NCBI RefSeq assembly: GCF_006345805.1
Contig: NC_043020.1
Coordinates: 14,694,001 to 14,758,000 of the forward strand
DNA: 64,000 bases
DNA from: Octopus sinensis
Taxonomy: Eukaryota
Direction: 5' to 3'
A program made the position numbers and the translations under genes. The notes beneath the pieces are model-generated. The model had not been told where the DNA came from. It worked only from the letters and a program-made list of their open reading frames with translations, and did not search any database. Below, one piece after another: positions 49,874 through 63,619 of the stretch; position 1 is the stretch's first letter; the number at the start of each line of letters is the position of its first letter.

Positions 49874-50124
49874 GGAGAGAGAAAGAGAGAGAGAAAGAGA
49901 AAGATTGGGAGTTGTACCTCTATGTATTTTAGTGTTGGTGTGAAATGAGATCCCAGTAGGGTGTGACTTGCATCTTGGGGGTGAGGATTGAAATGGTAAG
50001 CATCATTGTCATTTAACAACACATCAGACACCACTTAATTCCCAATAGTGAACATCTACCGGATTATCTTCCTGGAGTTATCCATGTGATAGCAAAATCA
50101 TGGGCTGTATCTATCTTCTTTAGC

Positions 50125-50196
50125 TTAACAAATAATTAACCAATAATTAACCAATAATTAACCAATGATTAACCAATGATTAACCAATGATTAACA
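50125..50196. promoter_or_regulatory. 11-bp tandem repeat giving five phased CCAAT boxes
   Basis: TTAACCAAT(A/G)A with CCAAT at 50140, 50151, 50162, 50173 and 50184; function inferred only. Confidence 0.35.
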
Positions 50197-50318
50197 GCCA
50201 CCTAATCTTCCTTTTCCTTTTCCTCCTCCCATTATCTATCAATCATTTCTATTAATCCTCAGTCCTCAGATTGTTCAAGCTGAACAGTGACTTTACTAAT
50301 CTTATCCGGCTACATATG

Positions 50319-50358
50319 TGACCTATAAAGGTCACTGTCAAGTGACCTCTAAAGGTCA
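50319..50358. promoter_or_regulatory. Four perfect nuclear-receptor half-sites (ER4-IR8-ER4 arrangement)
   Basis: TGACCT-ATAA-AGGTCA-CTGTCAAG-TGACCT-CTAA-AGGTCA; function inferred only. Confidence 0.35.
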
Positions 50359-50525
50359 TTGTCATGGCCAAACTTCCAGAGTGTTGGATGTGTGTTTGGT
50401 TGTTGTCAGTGTTGCAGTTTCAAAAGATTAAAGTTCAGTCAGTGTTTAATTATTTTATCTGAGACTGGATATGATCTGTCAGTGGAGCTAAGGATAAACA
50501 AAAGAAATCAGAGAGAGAGAGAGAG

Positions 50526-50832
50526 TATGTATGTATGTATGCATGTATGTATGTATGTGTGTGTGTGTATGTATTTATGTATGTATGTATGAATGTATGT
50601 ATGTATGTATGTATGTATGTGTGTGTGTATGTATGTATGTACGTATGTATGTATGTTTGTATGTATGTATGTATGTATTTATTTATGTATGTATGTATGT
50701 ATGTATGTATGTATGTATGTATGTATGTATGTATGTATGTATTTATTTATGTATGTATGTATGGCTGGTTGGATGGCTGGAGGGCTGGATGTATGTATAT
50801 ATGTATGTATGTATGTATGGATGTATGTATGC

Positions 50833-50865
<33 letters not shown>

Positions 50866-50944
50866 TGGCTGGCTGGCTGGTTGGATGGCTGGAGGGCTGG
50901 ATGTATGTATATATGTATGTATATATGTATGGATGTATGTATGC

Positions 50945-50977
<33 letters not shown>

Positions 50978-51134
50978 TGTATGTGTGTGTGTGTGTGTCT
51001 GTGTGTGTGTGTATGTATGTATGTATGTATGTATGTATGTATGTATGTATGTATGTATGGCTGGCTGGCTGGTTGGATGGCTGGAGGGCTGGATGTATGT
51101 ATATATGTATATATATGTATGGATGTATGTATGC

Positions 51135-51217
<83 letters not shown>

Positions 51218-51240
51218 GAGGATGGATGGATGGATGGATG
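50526..51240. repeat. (TATG)n/(TG)n compound microsatellite with a thrice-repeated GGCTGGTTGGATGGCTGGAGGGCTGGATG cassette
   Basis: Directly visible. Confidence 0.9.
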
Positions 51241-52562
51241 CATGTCGGGTCACCCTTAGTGCTATTGGTAACATGTAACCCAATACAACTGGCCACATGG
51301 TCAGGCCGTCAGTGACTAAACCAAGCCTGTTTGGTAAGGGGGAGTGATTTTTGTTGGACACCCTGCAGGATGAAAAACAAAACCTTTCAAAGGACAGATG
51401 AACTCTGGTGACTCAACAGCCATCCAACAGCTGGTAGTGACAAACCCTGTAGTCTTTGTTTAGATGTCTCTCTTAGGAAAGAGAAATTCTGAAATAACAC
51501 CTGTTGGAAACCTTGCTCTTCCTTGTTTCTGGAGTAATTGGATTTGTAGAGGAGAGTCTTAGCAATGTTGTGCAAGCTGTTATTGACTTTAAATTTCAGT
51601 CTGGACACTGCTGACAGCTATTGTGTTTAATATCTTGAGTAAGATAATTTGTTTGTGATGGTTATACTTGTCTAAGAGTTGACAACTACCATGCATGCAT
51701 GTGTGTATGCATATGTATGTGTGTGTGTGTGTGCACATACAGAACAGAGAAAGAGAGAGACAGAGGGAGAGAGGGAGGAAGAGAGAGAAAGAGTGTGATG
51801 GGAAGCATGTACTTCTATACAACTTTCTATCCTTATTTTTTATTAATTATATTCCCAGGATTATCTCCCTTCTTAATCAGAATTAATCATTAAACAACTT
51901 TTTCTCCTCACTGCAGGATCAATTTTAATTAATTAATCAGTGTTTCCTGATTTCCTACATTAATTATGACAACACCAGCTTCACTCCTTTGTTATTGTTG
52001 TTGTTGTTGTTGTTTAGCCCAAGGCCAGTCCTGATTAGGCAGGCCTATGATCAAGGACATTCCACTCATGATCATTCCATCTTTTTCATCAGACGCAGTG
52101 TATTTATTTAATGTATCTTTCCATTATTTACTTTTAATTTTGAGGGTGATTTAACTGCTATATCTAGCAAACCAAATACCAGAGAAGGATACCCTTGTTG
52201 GGTCATGTGACATTTGTTGTTATCATCATTCAGCCCTAAGTCAATCCTGACTGAGATGACATAAGATCAAAGACATCTCAACCAAGACCATCTCAGCTTG
52301 TTTTCAAACATTACATCTACATAGACTATGGTGCACATAAAGATCCAACCTTTTCTATGTCAGTCCCACTGCTTGCTTCCAAAAGAATCTCAATTCTCCA
52401 ATCATATTTACCCCTAAACCGTTTCTGTAACATAGTATTTAACACAATTTCCTCTTGAGATTTTGAACTACGACCAACATAATATTTTGTCTTAAATGTG
52501 AGGACTCAGTCAGAATGGGCCCCATCTACATCACTACTAATGTACATAGATTAATGGCATAT

Positions 52563-55212
52563 CACTGAGTATTCACCATCTGATGCACTGAGTCATTTGT
52601 CCATTCCCTGACACTCTGAGTCACTAACCTATCCTCTGACACTGAGTTACTCATATATCACCTGATATTGTGAGTCACTCAGTTATTGCTTGACACACCG
52701 CATCGCTCATCCATCTGACACTCCGAGTCACTCATCTATTGCCTGACATTTTGAGTTACTCAGTTATTGTCTGACACTCTGAGTTACTCAGTTACCACCT
52801 GGCACTCAGAGTCAGTAAACCCCTGAAACACTGAATCATTCATTTATTACCTGATACACTGAGTCACTCATCTATCATGTGACACACTGAGTTGCTAAGG
52901 TAGTACTAGACACTCTGAGTCACTTATCTATCCCCTAATACTCTGAGTTACTCATATATCACCTGATAAAGCGAGCCACTCAGTTATTCCCTGACACTGA
53001 GTCACTCATCCACCCCTGACACTCCTCTGAGTCACTCAATTATCACCTGACACACTGAGTCACTCATCCATTCTCTGACACTCTAAGTCACTCATCCATT
53101 CCTTGACAGTCTGAGTCTCTGATCTATCACCTGATACTCTGAGTTTCTCATTATCATCTGAGACACTGAGTCACTCATCCTTTCTCTGACACTCTATTTC
53201 ACTCATCCATGCCTCGACACTGTGAGTCACTCATCTATCAAATGACAGTTTGAGTCACTCATCTATCACCTGACACTCTGAGTTTCTCATTATCACCTGA
53301 CACTCCAAGTCAACCAGTTATCACCTGACACACTGAGTCACTCATCCATTCTCTGACACTCTAAGTCACTCATCCATGCCTCGACACTGTGAGTCACTCA
53401 TCTATCACCTGACACACTGAGTCACTCATCTATCACCCGACACTCTGAGTTTCTTATTATCACCTGACACTCCAAGTCAACCAGTTATCACCTGACACAC
53501 TGAGTCCCTCATCCATTCTCTGACACTCTAAGTCACTCATCCATGCCTCGATACTGTGAGTCACTCATCTATCACCTGACAGTCTGAGTCACTCATCTAT
53601 CACCTGGCACTGAGTTTCTCCTTATCACCTGGGACACTGAGTCACTCATCTTTTCTCTGACACTCTAAGTTACTCATCCATGCCTCGACACCCTGAGTCA
53701 CTCATCTATCACCTGACAGTCTGAGTCACTCATCTATCACCTGACACTCTGAGTTTCTCATTATCACCTGGGACACTGAGTCACTCATCTTTTCTCTGAC
53801 ACTCTAAGTTACTCATCCATGCCTCGACACCCTGAGTCACTCATCTATCACCTGACAGTCTGAGTCACTCATCTATCACCTGACACTCTGAGTTTCTCAT
53901 TATCACCTGGGACACTGAGTCACTCATCTTTTCTCTGACACTCTAAGTTACTCATCCATGCCTCGACACCCTGAGTCACTCATCTATCACCTGACAGTCT
54001 GAGTCACTCATCTATCACCTGACACTCTGAGTTTCTCCTTATCACCTGGGACACTGAGTCACTCATCTTTTCTCTGACACTCTAAGTTACTCATCCATGC
54101 CTCGACACCCTGAGTCACTCATCTATCACCTGACAGTCTGGGTCACTCATCTATCACCTGACACTCTGAGTTTCTCCTTATCACCTGGGACACTGAGTCA
54201 CTCGTCCTTTCTCTGACACTCTAAGTCACTCGTCCATGCCTCAACACCTTGAGTCACTCATCTATCACCTGACAGTCTGGGTCACTCATCTATCACCTGG
54301 CATTGAGTTTCTCCTTATCACCTGGGACACTGAGTCACTCATCTTTTCTCTGACACTCTAAGTTACTCATCCATGCCTCGACACCTTGAGTCACTCATCT
54401 ATCACCTGACAGTCTGAGTCACTCATCTATCACCTGGCACTGAGTTTCTCCTTATCACCTGGGACACTGAGTCACTCATCCTTTCTCTGACACTCTAAGT
54501 CACTCATCCATGCCTCGACACCCTGAGTCACTCATCTATCACTTGACAGTCTGAGTCACTCATCTATCACCTGGCACTGAGTTTCTCCTTATCACCTGGG
54601 ACACTGAGTCACTCATCCTTTCTCTGACACTCTAAGTCACTCATCCATGCCTCGACACCTTGAGTCACTTATCTATCACTTGACAGTCTGAGTCACTCAT
54701 CTATCACCTGACACTCTGAGTTTCTCCTTATCACCTGGGACACTGAGTCACTCGTCCTTTCTCTGACACTCTAAGTCACTCGTCCATGCCTCAACACCTT
54801 GAGTCACTCATCTATCACCTGACAGTCTGGGTCACTCATCTATCACCTGACGCTCTGAGTTTCTCCTTATCACCTGGGACACTGAGTCACTCATCTTTTC
54901 TCTGACACTCTAAGTTACTCATCCATGCCTCGACACCTTGAGTCACTCATCTATCACCTGACAGTCTGAGTCACTCATCTATCACCTGACAGTCTGAGTC
55001 ACTCATCTATCACCTGGCACTGAGTTTCTCCTTATCACCTGGGACACTGAGTCACTCATCCTTTCTCTGACACTCTAAGTCACTCGTCCATGCCTTGACA
55101 CCCTGAGTCACTCATCTATCGCCTGACAGTCTGAGTCACTCATCTATCACCTGACGCTCTGAGTTTCTCATTTTCACCTGAGACACTGAGTCACTCAGTT
55201 ATCACCTGACAC
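52563..55212. repeat. Satellite with about 28-bp monomers, organised into a 139-bp pentameric higher-order repeat
   Basis: GTCACTCATCTTTTCTCTGA recurs at 53641, 53780, 53919 and 54058 (period 139). Monomer core CTGAGTCACTCATCTATCACCTGACA. Confidence 0.95.
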
Positions 55213-55392
55213 ATCTGCAATGTCTACTCATTCACCAACAACAAAGGCAAGTCACCCTGTCGTTGTCACACTTGTCTGAGCTGCAGAATGCACGGTGTCC
55301 TCCTCCTTCTCCTCCCCCTCCTCATAATCACCATCATCATCATCATCATCATCATAATCAGTAGCAGCAGCTGCTTGTTGTACGACAGGGAA

Positions 55393-55492
55393 TAAGTGGT
55401 CGCTGGTGTCGGGGAGATTTATAGCTCCATGTACATGCCCTATCTTGTCAACATCTACTGCAATGTACTCCCCTACCCCACCCCACCCCCCG
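55393..55492 (-). promoter_or_regulatory. Candidate Pol II core promoter (TATA + Inr + G-rich/CACCC boxes), oriented towards the GPCR exon
   Basis: Minus TATAAAT starts at 55423 and the YYANWYY Inr TTATTCC has its A at 55393 (30 nt downstream). G6-T-G4-T-G4-TA-G4 tract at 55470-55491. Confidence 0.4.
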
Positions 55493-57551
55493 CACTTCAC
55501 CCGTGTATTGGTGAATGGTCATTACAAACAGGTTGTTGTTGTTGTTGTTGTTGTTTAACAACCTTGCCTTGTTTTCTATTGATTTCATTTGAGATTGACC
55601 GTTTTGTCTGGATGAGTCAACTTCAGGGGGGAGAGAGAGAAAGAGAGAGAGAGAGCGAGGGTTGACTGTTTGTTGAATAGGATTGGAAGGAGACGAAGAG
55701 GAATGATGGGAGGCAGAGGGAGAGGAATGAATGGGTCTGAAGAGGAGGAGATGGAGAATGGTTGAAGTAGGTGACAAAGCGGGAGAGAAAGGGGGAAAAA
55801 AGGGTCCAACATGAGGGCCTTAAAAGGAATAAAAGCAAACATCAAAATCAATCATAAATCTTGTCGCTGTTGTTGTCGTTGTTGAGGTCCAGATTATCCC
55901 TGACTGAAAAGAGATATGATTTAGATGTTCCAACCATGACCACCCCGTCCTTTTTTGCAAGCATTTACTGCATCTACAACTATATTAGCCAATGTGCCCC
56001 CCTTTTTTTTAAAGGCAGCAAGGTGTGGTTTGAGGGTACATAGAAGATGATGATGATGATGATGATTTTGCTGCTGCTGCTGCTGCTGATGATGATGATG
56101 AATACTAAGAAGATGGTGATGGTGATGAAAATGAGGACGAGAAGAAAAATTACGTCAGGAAGGATTTGTGCCATGCCAATCATCATCATCATCATCGTTT
56201 AACATCTGTTGTCCATGCTGGCATGGGTTGGATGGCTTGACCAGAGCTTGCAAGCTGGGGCGGGGAGCTGAACCAGACACCAGTCTGATTTGGCATGGTT
56301 TCTACGGCTGGATACTCTTCCTAACACCAACCACTCCAAGAGTGTAATGGGTGCTTTTACGTGCCACCAGCATGGGTGCCACTTGCATGACACCAGTATC
56401 TGCCAGGACTATGATTTCACTTGGCTTGACGAGTCTTCCCTCTGAAGCATGGCATATTGCCAAAGGTCTCAGTCATTTGTCATTGCCTCCGTGAGGACCA
56501 ATGTAAGAAAGGTGCTTTGTACATGCCACTCTACTCTTTTACTCTTTTACTTGTTTCAGTCATTTGACTGCGGCCATGCTGGAGCACCGCCTTTAATCGA
56601 GCAACTCGACCCCGGGACTTATTCTTTTGAAAGCCCAGTACTTATTTTATCGGTCTCTTTTGCCGAACTGCTAAGTAACGGGTCTAAATTTATCTACTTC
56701 ATTGAATCATTCTGCCATTAATGATTTAGCATTCAAACAAGCCATATCTAGCCCAAATTTTTGGTCTGTTTTTATTTTCAAACTGACCAAATCTGGCTTC
56801 TCGTAGCTACCCATTCCAAACAGAAACAATTGCATCATCAAAATCACGGGGCTATATGATAATGCATGATTAATTTGAAACAATCATCATCATCATCATC
56901 ATTTAATGTCTGTTTTCCATGCTAGCACGGGTTGGACGGTTCGACTGGGGTCTGGGAACCCAAGAGGCGGCACCCGGTTCCAGTCTGATCTGGCAGTGTT
57001 TCTACAGCTAGATGCCCTTCCTAATGCCAACCACTCTGTGAGTGTAGTGGGTGCTTTTTACATGCCACCAGCACAGGTGCCAGGTGAGGCTGGCGACGGC
57101 CAAGCTCAGTTGGTGCTTTTTACGTGCCACCGGCACGGGGGCCAGTCAATGTGGATAAATAAGCATTACCTTTGATGGATTAATGTGCATGCTAAAGGGT
57201 TGAAAGCAGACCCATTCTTCACATCTTACCAAAACCTTAACCAGTTCCAATTCAAGAAATCCTGATTTTATGAGAATAGCAGGAGCTGTGCTCAATCTGC
57301 TAAAAATAACAGTCAAATTTTCCTTAATTCACAACTTACCATCTTAAAAATGAAGGAGACCCTGGGTTAGTGTAATCTTAGATAAACTATGTCTATGAAA
57401 GTAGAAATGCTCATAGGTGGAATACCTTTGATAATAGGTCTGCTCAAACAGAGCTGACATGGTGCTAACCACCAGCAGCAGCAACAACAACAATTACAGG
57501 GGCACATGTTGCTTGAGCTTATCTCCTTAATAAGCAGGGATGAGAGATTAA

Positions 57552-58309
57552 CCCTTTAACATCTAGTTTAGTTAAGTTAAGTTAATTTTTTGACTCAAAA
57601 AGCAAAAGCAAGGCCATGTAGGGGGACATGGAGTTATGTACAGGGAGGGTGTTCATGCAAAGAGTTCAGGCCATTTCTGGTCAAGAGAGACTTTGAACCG
57701 AGTGGTCGTCGGCATCTTCACTATCTCGTCCGGCAGCTTATTCCACGGATCTGCAACCCGGACGGAGAAAGCCCCTCTCCTTCGATTGAGATGAAATCGT
57801 CGCAGATAGAGCTTTTCGGAGTGACCCCGCAGCCGACGATCTGGAGCAGGAGTGAAGAACAGCTCTTTCGAGAAGTTACTCCATCAAGTGTAAGGCTTAT
57901 ATATTCCCATTATTATGAAGTACATAAGACGGCACAAGAACTGGCAGAATCATTAGTGCATTGGATGAAATGCTTAGAGGTATTTCACCTGTCACTCACT
58001 ACGTTATGAGTTCAAATTCTGCTGAGGTCAACTTTGCCTTTCAGGGTCGAAAAAATAAGTACCAGTTGAACACTGGGATTGATGTAATCAACTAGTCCCC
58101 GCCCCAAAATTGCTGGCCTTGTGGCAAAATTTGAAACCTTTATTATGAATTACACATGCATTATCTTGTAGCTTTGAGATTTCAATGATGTGACTCTTTA
58201 CTTAAGGAATGACATTGTAGGGTAGGTGTAAGAGGTCAGATCTGGTTAGTTTGAACATAAAACAGGAAGAATTTTTGGGCCAGATATGGCCAGTTTAAAT
58301 GTTAAAGGC
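57552..58309. mobile_element. piggyBac-type MITE with nested CR1 end and SINE-2
   Basis: TTAA|CCCTTTAAC ... GTTAAAGGC|TTAA. Confidence 0.6.
57564..57900 (-). mobile_element. 3' end of a second, CpG-rich (young) CR1-like LINE
   Basis: EELFFTPAPDRRLRGHSEKLYLRRFHLNRRRGAFSVRVADPWNKLP..; (TTAAC)n tail. Confidence 0.8.
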
Positions 58310-58500
58310 TTAAACTTCTCTTGAGAAGGCAGAGATAACATTCGCTGAAGGAAGTCATGTAAAATTAGATGCTCTGATTGGAGACACTGCAAAATATATG
58401 CTTGAGTGTGTATATAAGTATTTGCATATGTGGTTGTATTTGTTTGTATGCATGTGTGTGTGTACATGTGTGTGTGTGTGTGTGTGTGTTTGTGTGTGTG

Positions 58501-59037
58501 TGGTATACAGACAGGATGCCTAATGCACTTTTGCTAAAGGACAAGAAACCAAATGGGCAAGATGCCGAAAAGACATACAAAAATTAAGATTTATCTCATT
58601 AAATTTTAAGTACCAAATTGATGAATTGATCATTAAAATATGTAGGTAAGAATGTTTTTTTTTATTATTGTGCCCCGACTGGCCTCCGTGCCGGTGGCAC
58701 GTAAAATGCACCATCCGATTGTGGCCGTTGCCAGCCTCCTCTGGCACCTGTGCCGGTGGCATGTAAAAAGCACCCACTACACTCACAGAGTGGTTGGCGT
58801 TAGGAAGGGCATCCAGCTGTAGAAACACTGCCAGATCAGACTGGGCCTGGTGCAGCCTTCTGGCTTCCCAGACCCCAGTTGAACAGTCCAACCCATGCTA
58901 GCATGGAATGCGGACGCTAAACGATGATGATGATGTGTCCATTTGGCTTTATGTCCATTCAGCATTGTGTCCATTTGGCCTCTTGGCTTTGGCTTCTTGT
59001 CCTTCGGCAAAAGTGCATTCGGCATCCTGTCTCCACA
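58501..59037. mobile_element. Non-autonomous DNA element with long imperfect TIRs, split by an RTE 3' end (58670-58935)
   Basis: ACAGGATGCCTAATGCACTTTTGCTAAAGGACAAG versus CTTGTCCTTCGGCAAAAGTGCATTCGGCATCCTGT. Confidence 0.55.
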
Positions 59038-61194
59038 TGGTGTGTGCATGTGTGTGTGCATGTGTGAGCATGAGTGTGTGTGCATGTGTGTATGTGCATG
59101 TGTGTGTTTGTGTGCATGTGTGTGTGTGTGCATGCATGAGTGTATGTCTGTGTATATGTGTGTATGTGCATGTGAGTGTGTGCATACTTGTGTATGTGTA
59201 TGTGTGCATATGTGTGTGCATGAGTGTGTGTGTGTGCATCTGTGTGCATATATTTTCAGCACCTTGGGCAAATGTCTTCTATCATAGTCAAAGGTTATCC
59301 AAAAACCTTCTGAGTAAGATTCACATAATGGAAACTGTATGGAAGCCTATTGAAAGGGATGTTCCTCTTGTTGGATGATGATAGTCTTAACCTGTCCCTT
59401 AGTTTAACCCCATCACCTGGTCTTTGGCTGCTGTTTTTAGCAGAGTCCACTCTGTTGCAAGTATTCAGGTTAATTGCACCAACACCAGTGAGGTTACCTT
59501 GTCACTCCCTCCTGGCTTGAGAAGGAGAGCAGGTGATCCAGTGATTGCTTGGGTTAAGTTTCCCGTTTGAGCTTAACTTTCTCCCTTTCTCTCCCCAGTC
59601 TTGTGGGACCTGATAAAAGGTGTCACTCTTCCTCCTTTGATTAGATTGGGCAAAAAATAAAGACTCCAGTTTGAGTTTAACTTTCTCTCTCCAGTTTTGC
59701 AGGACTTGATAAAGGGTATCATCCTTCCTTCCTTGATTAGACTGGATAAAAAAGATAAAGTTTGCTCTTAGTAAAACAAGTAAGTAAAATCCCTAGCTCG
59801 TGATTGGAGGGGGAGGTTGTCCTCTCAACCAATATACAGCTCTGTGTGCTGCCGGATGAAGGACTCTGGTAATGATGTTATTCCATGCTTTCAGATCCAT
59901 CGGGCAAAATGCTTAGCAGTATTTCGTCTGGCGCTGCGTTCTGAGTTCAAATTCCGTCGAGGTATACTTCGCCTTTCATCCTTTCGGGGGTTGATTAAAT
60001 AAGTACCAGTTAAGCCCTGGGGTCGATATAATCGACTTAATCTGTTTGTCTGTCCTTGTTTGTCCTCCCTGTGTTTAGCCCCTTGTGGGTAGTAAAGAAA
60101 TAGGTATTGGCCTTAGCATGCTTGAGGTCAAGATGCTCCAACTTCAGGTCTTCCTAAATTTGCTTTGCCCATGTCTTCTTTGATGCTGGATTCTCCAGTG
60201 CATGGGTCACTGCCACCACAAAAGCTGGCTGTGTTAGTCTTCTAGTGCTCATCCTGCAGACCTAGTCAAACCACTGTGGCCTGCGCTACTGGACTTGGTC
60301 TTCAGTGGTTGGCTGCAGTTGGCATCGTTCTCAGATATTGTTTGAAATTCAGTTGCATAGAGAGACACCAAGGACCTGACATCATCATCATCATCATCGT
60401 TTAACGTCCGTTTTCCATGCTAGCATGGGTTGGACGGTTCAACTGGGGTCTGGGAAGCCAGAAGGCTGTGCCAGGCCCAGTCTGATCTGGCAGTGTTTCT
60501 ATGGCTGGATGCCCTTCCTAATGCCAACCACTCCGTGAGTGTAGTGGGTGCTTTTTACATGCCACCTGCACAGGTGCCAGACGAGGCTGGCAATGGCCAC
60601 AATCGGATGGTGCATTTTACGTGCCACCGGCATGGAGGCCAGTCGGGGCGAGGCTGGCAACGACCATGTTCGGATGGTTCTCTTACGTTCCATCGGCACT
60701 GGTATCACAGCCACAATTTCCATTGATGTTGATCGATTTGACATAGACACTATATTTTGGAACACCTCGAGTTTGTTCAGATTCTGTTAGAGGATGGTCC
60801 AGGTCTCAGTGCTGTAGAGGAGGACAGACAAAACCAGTGTGCAGAAAAGACAGGTATTGGTCCTTAGGGAGATGTTGCTCTTAGTAAAATCCTCTGATTT
60901 CTTTTCTAATATATCTCATCTTATTTGTACTTTTGCAATTCTTCTGCATTATCTACCTTATGTATTTCTAAAATATTCTCTATCATATTTTTCTTATATA
61001 TTCTGTCGATCTGTCTCAGAAATTTCTAATATACAGTTGGTATAACTACCCCATATTTTGTTTCTAATACATTGTATCTACCAGCCTAATATCATTATTA
61101 TACCATTCTAATTTTTTGTTGTTGTATATGCTTTATATCTTTCTATTACATTTGATTCATCTGCCTTATATTTTCCTATGCTGTTGTCATCATA

Positions 61195-61411
61195 GCAGTT
61201 ATCATCATCATCATCATCATCGTTGTCATCATCATCATCATCGTTGTCATCATCATCGTTGTCATCATCATCATCATCATCGTCGTCATCATCATCATCA
61301 TCTTCATCATCATCACTACCATCACCATCATCATCATCATCGTTGTCATCATCATTGTCATCTTCCTCATCATTGTTGCTGTCATTGTTGTCGTCATCCT
61401 TGTTATCATTG

Positions 61412-61449
<38 letters not shown>

Positions 61450-61490
61450 TTCTTCTTCTTCTTCCTCCTCTTCTTCCTCCTCCTCCTCCT

Positions 61491-61521
<31 letters not shown>

Positions 61522-61604
61522 ATCATCATCATCATCTTCTTCTTCTTCTTCCTCCTCTTCTTCCTCCTCCTCCTCCTCCTCTTCCTCCTCCTCCTCCTCC
61601 TCCT

Positions 61605-61635
<31 letters not shown>

Positions 61636-61652
61636 ATCATCATCATCATATT
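61195..61652. repeat. Compound (CAT)/(CTT)/(CCT) microsatellite with an internal block duplication
   Basis: Directly visible; explains the poly-S, poly-H and poly-M/R ORFs. Confidence 0.95.
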
Positions 61653-63619
61653 CATTGTCATTGGCCGGTTTTTTTTGTCATCTTCCCATGCTGGCTTTGG
61701 TTGAATAGTTAGACAGGATCCAACAAGTCGAAGGACCGCATCTTCTCGCTCCCCAGTGTCTCAGTTTTAGCATGGTTTCTATGGCTGGATGTCCTTCATA
61801 ATACCAATCACTTTACAGAATGCTCTGGGTGCTTTTGATTTAATTGCACCGGCACTAGTAGGGTCACCTTGTCACTCCCTCCTGGTCTGAGATGGAAAGT
61901 AGGTGATATAATCATCGCTTTATTAAAAAGAGTTGAGAGGTTAATGTATGGAAGGAGGAAGATAAATTTGATGTGGAAGAGACTCATGTCTCTTTCACAT
62001 TTTACAAGTGTGTAGGGTGACTAGAGTAGTGCCAGAAAAAGAGGTAGATGTTATGGGGATGAGGAGCCAGAACACAGCCTCAAAGTGCCATGTGTCATGA
62101 GGTGTATAGAAGAGAACATGGAGACAAAAGAATCAGTAGTGGTGTGATGAGTAACTGTATTCAGGACTGGCTTTAGTAATATTTATAGTAGACAAAACTG
62201 AAGACTGGGCCTTAAACACTAGGCTGCCTTTCATCAATTATCATCATCATCATCATCATCGTTTAACGTCCGCATTCCATGCTAGCATGGGTTGGACGGT
62301 TCAACCGGGGTCTGGGAAGCCAGAAGGCTACACCAGGCTCCAGTCTGATCTGGCAGTGTTTCTACAGCTGGATGCCCTTCCTAACGCCAACCACTTCGTG
62401 AGTGTAGTGGGTGCTTTTTACATGCCACCGGCACAGGTGCCAGGCAAGGCTGGCAACAGCCACGATCGGATGGTGCAATTATATGAATAAAAATGATGAA
62501 AATTTGGAAACATTATTTCTCCATTAATGACTTGTGGGGATATAGTATTTCGTTATGCAACCATAATATACTATACAGTATTTTAAATGTTTTTATAAGT
62601 TAATACCATGTTCAACTGTGTTAGCAGTGTGTTTTACATCACTTGTTAAGGTTCTCAACTCTTTTTCTCTTTTACTTGCTTCAGTCATGTGACTGTGGCC
62701 ATGCTGGAGCACCGCCTTTAGTTGAGCAAATCGACCCCAGGACTTATTCTTTGTAAGCCTAGTACTTATTCTATCAGTCTCTTATGCCGAACTGCTAAGT
62801 TACGGGGACATAAACACACCAGCATCAGTTGTCAAGCGATATTGAGGGAACAAACACAGACATACAAACATGTACACACACACATACATATATATATATA
62901 CATATATGCGACGGGCTTCTTTCAGTTTCCGTCTACGAAATCCACTCACAAGACTTTGGTTGGCCCGAGGCTATAATAGAAGACAGTTGCCCAAGGTGCC
63001 ACGCAGTGGGACTGAACCCAGAACCATGAGGTTGGTAAGCAAGCTACTTACCACACAGCCACTCCTGCTGATGTTCTATAGAAATCATTGCTGGTTATAA
63101 TTCTATAGAATATCTGAAGAGATAGCCTAGCCTTAACAAGTGATTTTTTCTCCACATTGAAGCTCAATGTCTGTCATGCCTGTCGCTAAGGCGGTGCACT
63201 CAGTGGCACTGCGCCCTCGCTTTTCAGTGGTGCACCCTCAGATTTAGAGTGATACGCTAATTTCAAAACTACCACTTTAACATTATTACAAATTAGTGCC
63301 CACCCAGAATAATAATAATGAAATTATTGTATACAGTGCTCAGGTGCACCACAACTTGTCAGAAAGTGCGTATAAAGTACATGCAGTAATGTACAAATGT
63401 CTGGAAAGCGAACAATGTATGAGTCAGATACATGCTTGTGTGTGTATGGAGGAGAGAAAATCAGGTGTAGTGTTGGCGAATCTCAGAAAGCATGGAAGTT
63501 TTGAAGGATACAGTGCTCTGACAACTAACAACTGATGCCGGCAGTTTGTTCCATGCTTCAGCAACTCTCAGCGTGAATATTCTGAAGCATCATTAGGCAC
63601 TAAGGTCTGGTGATAGGCC

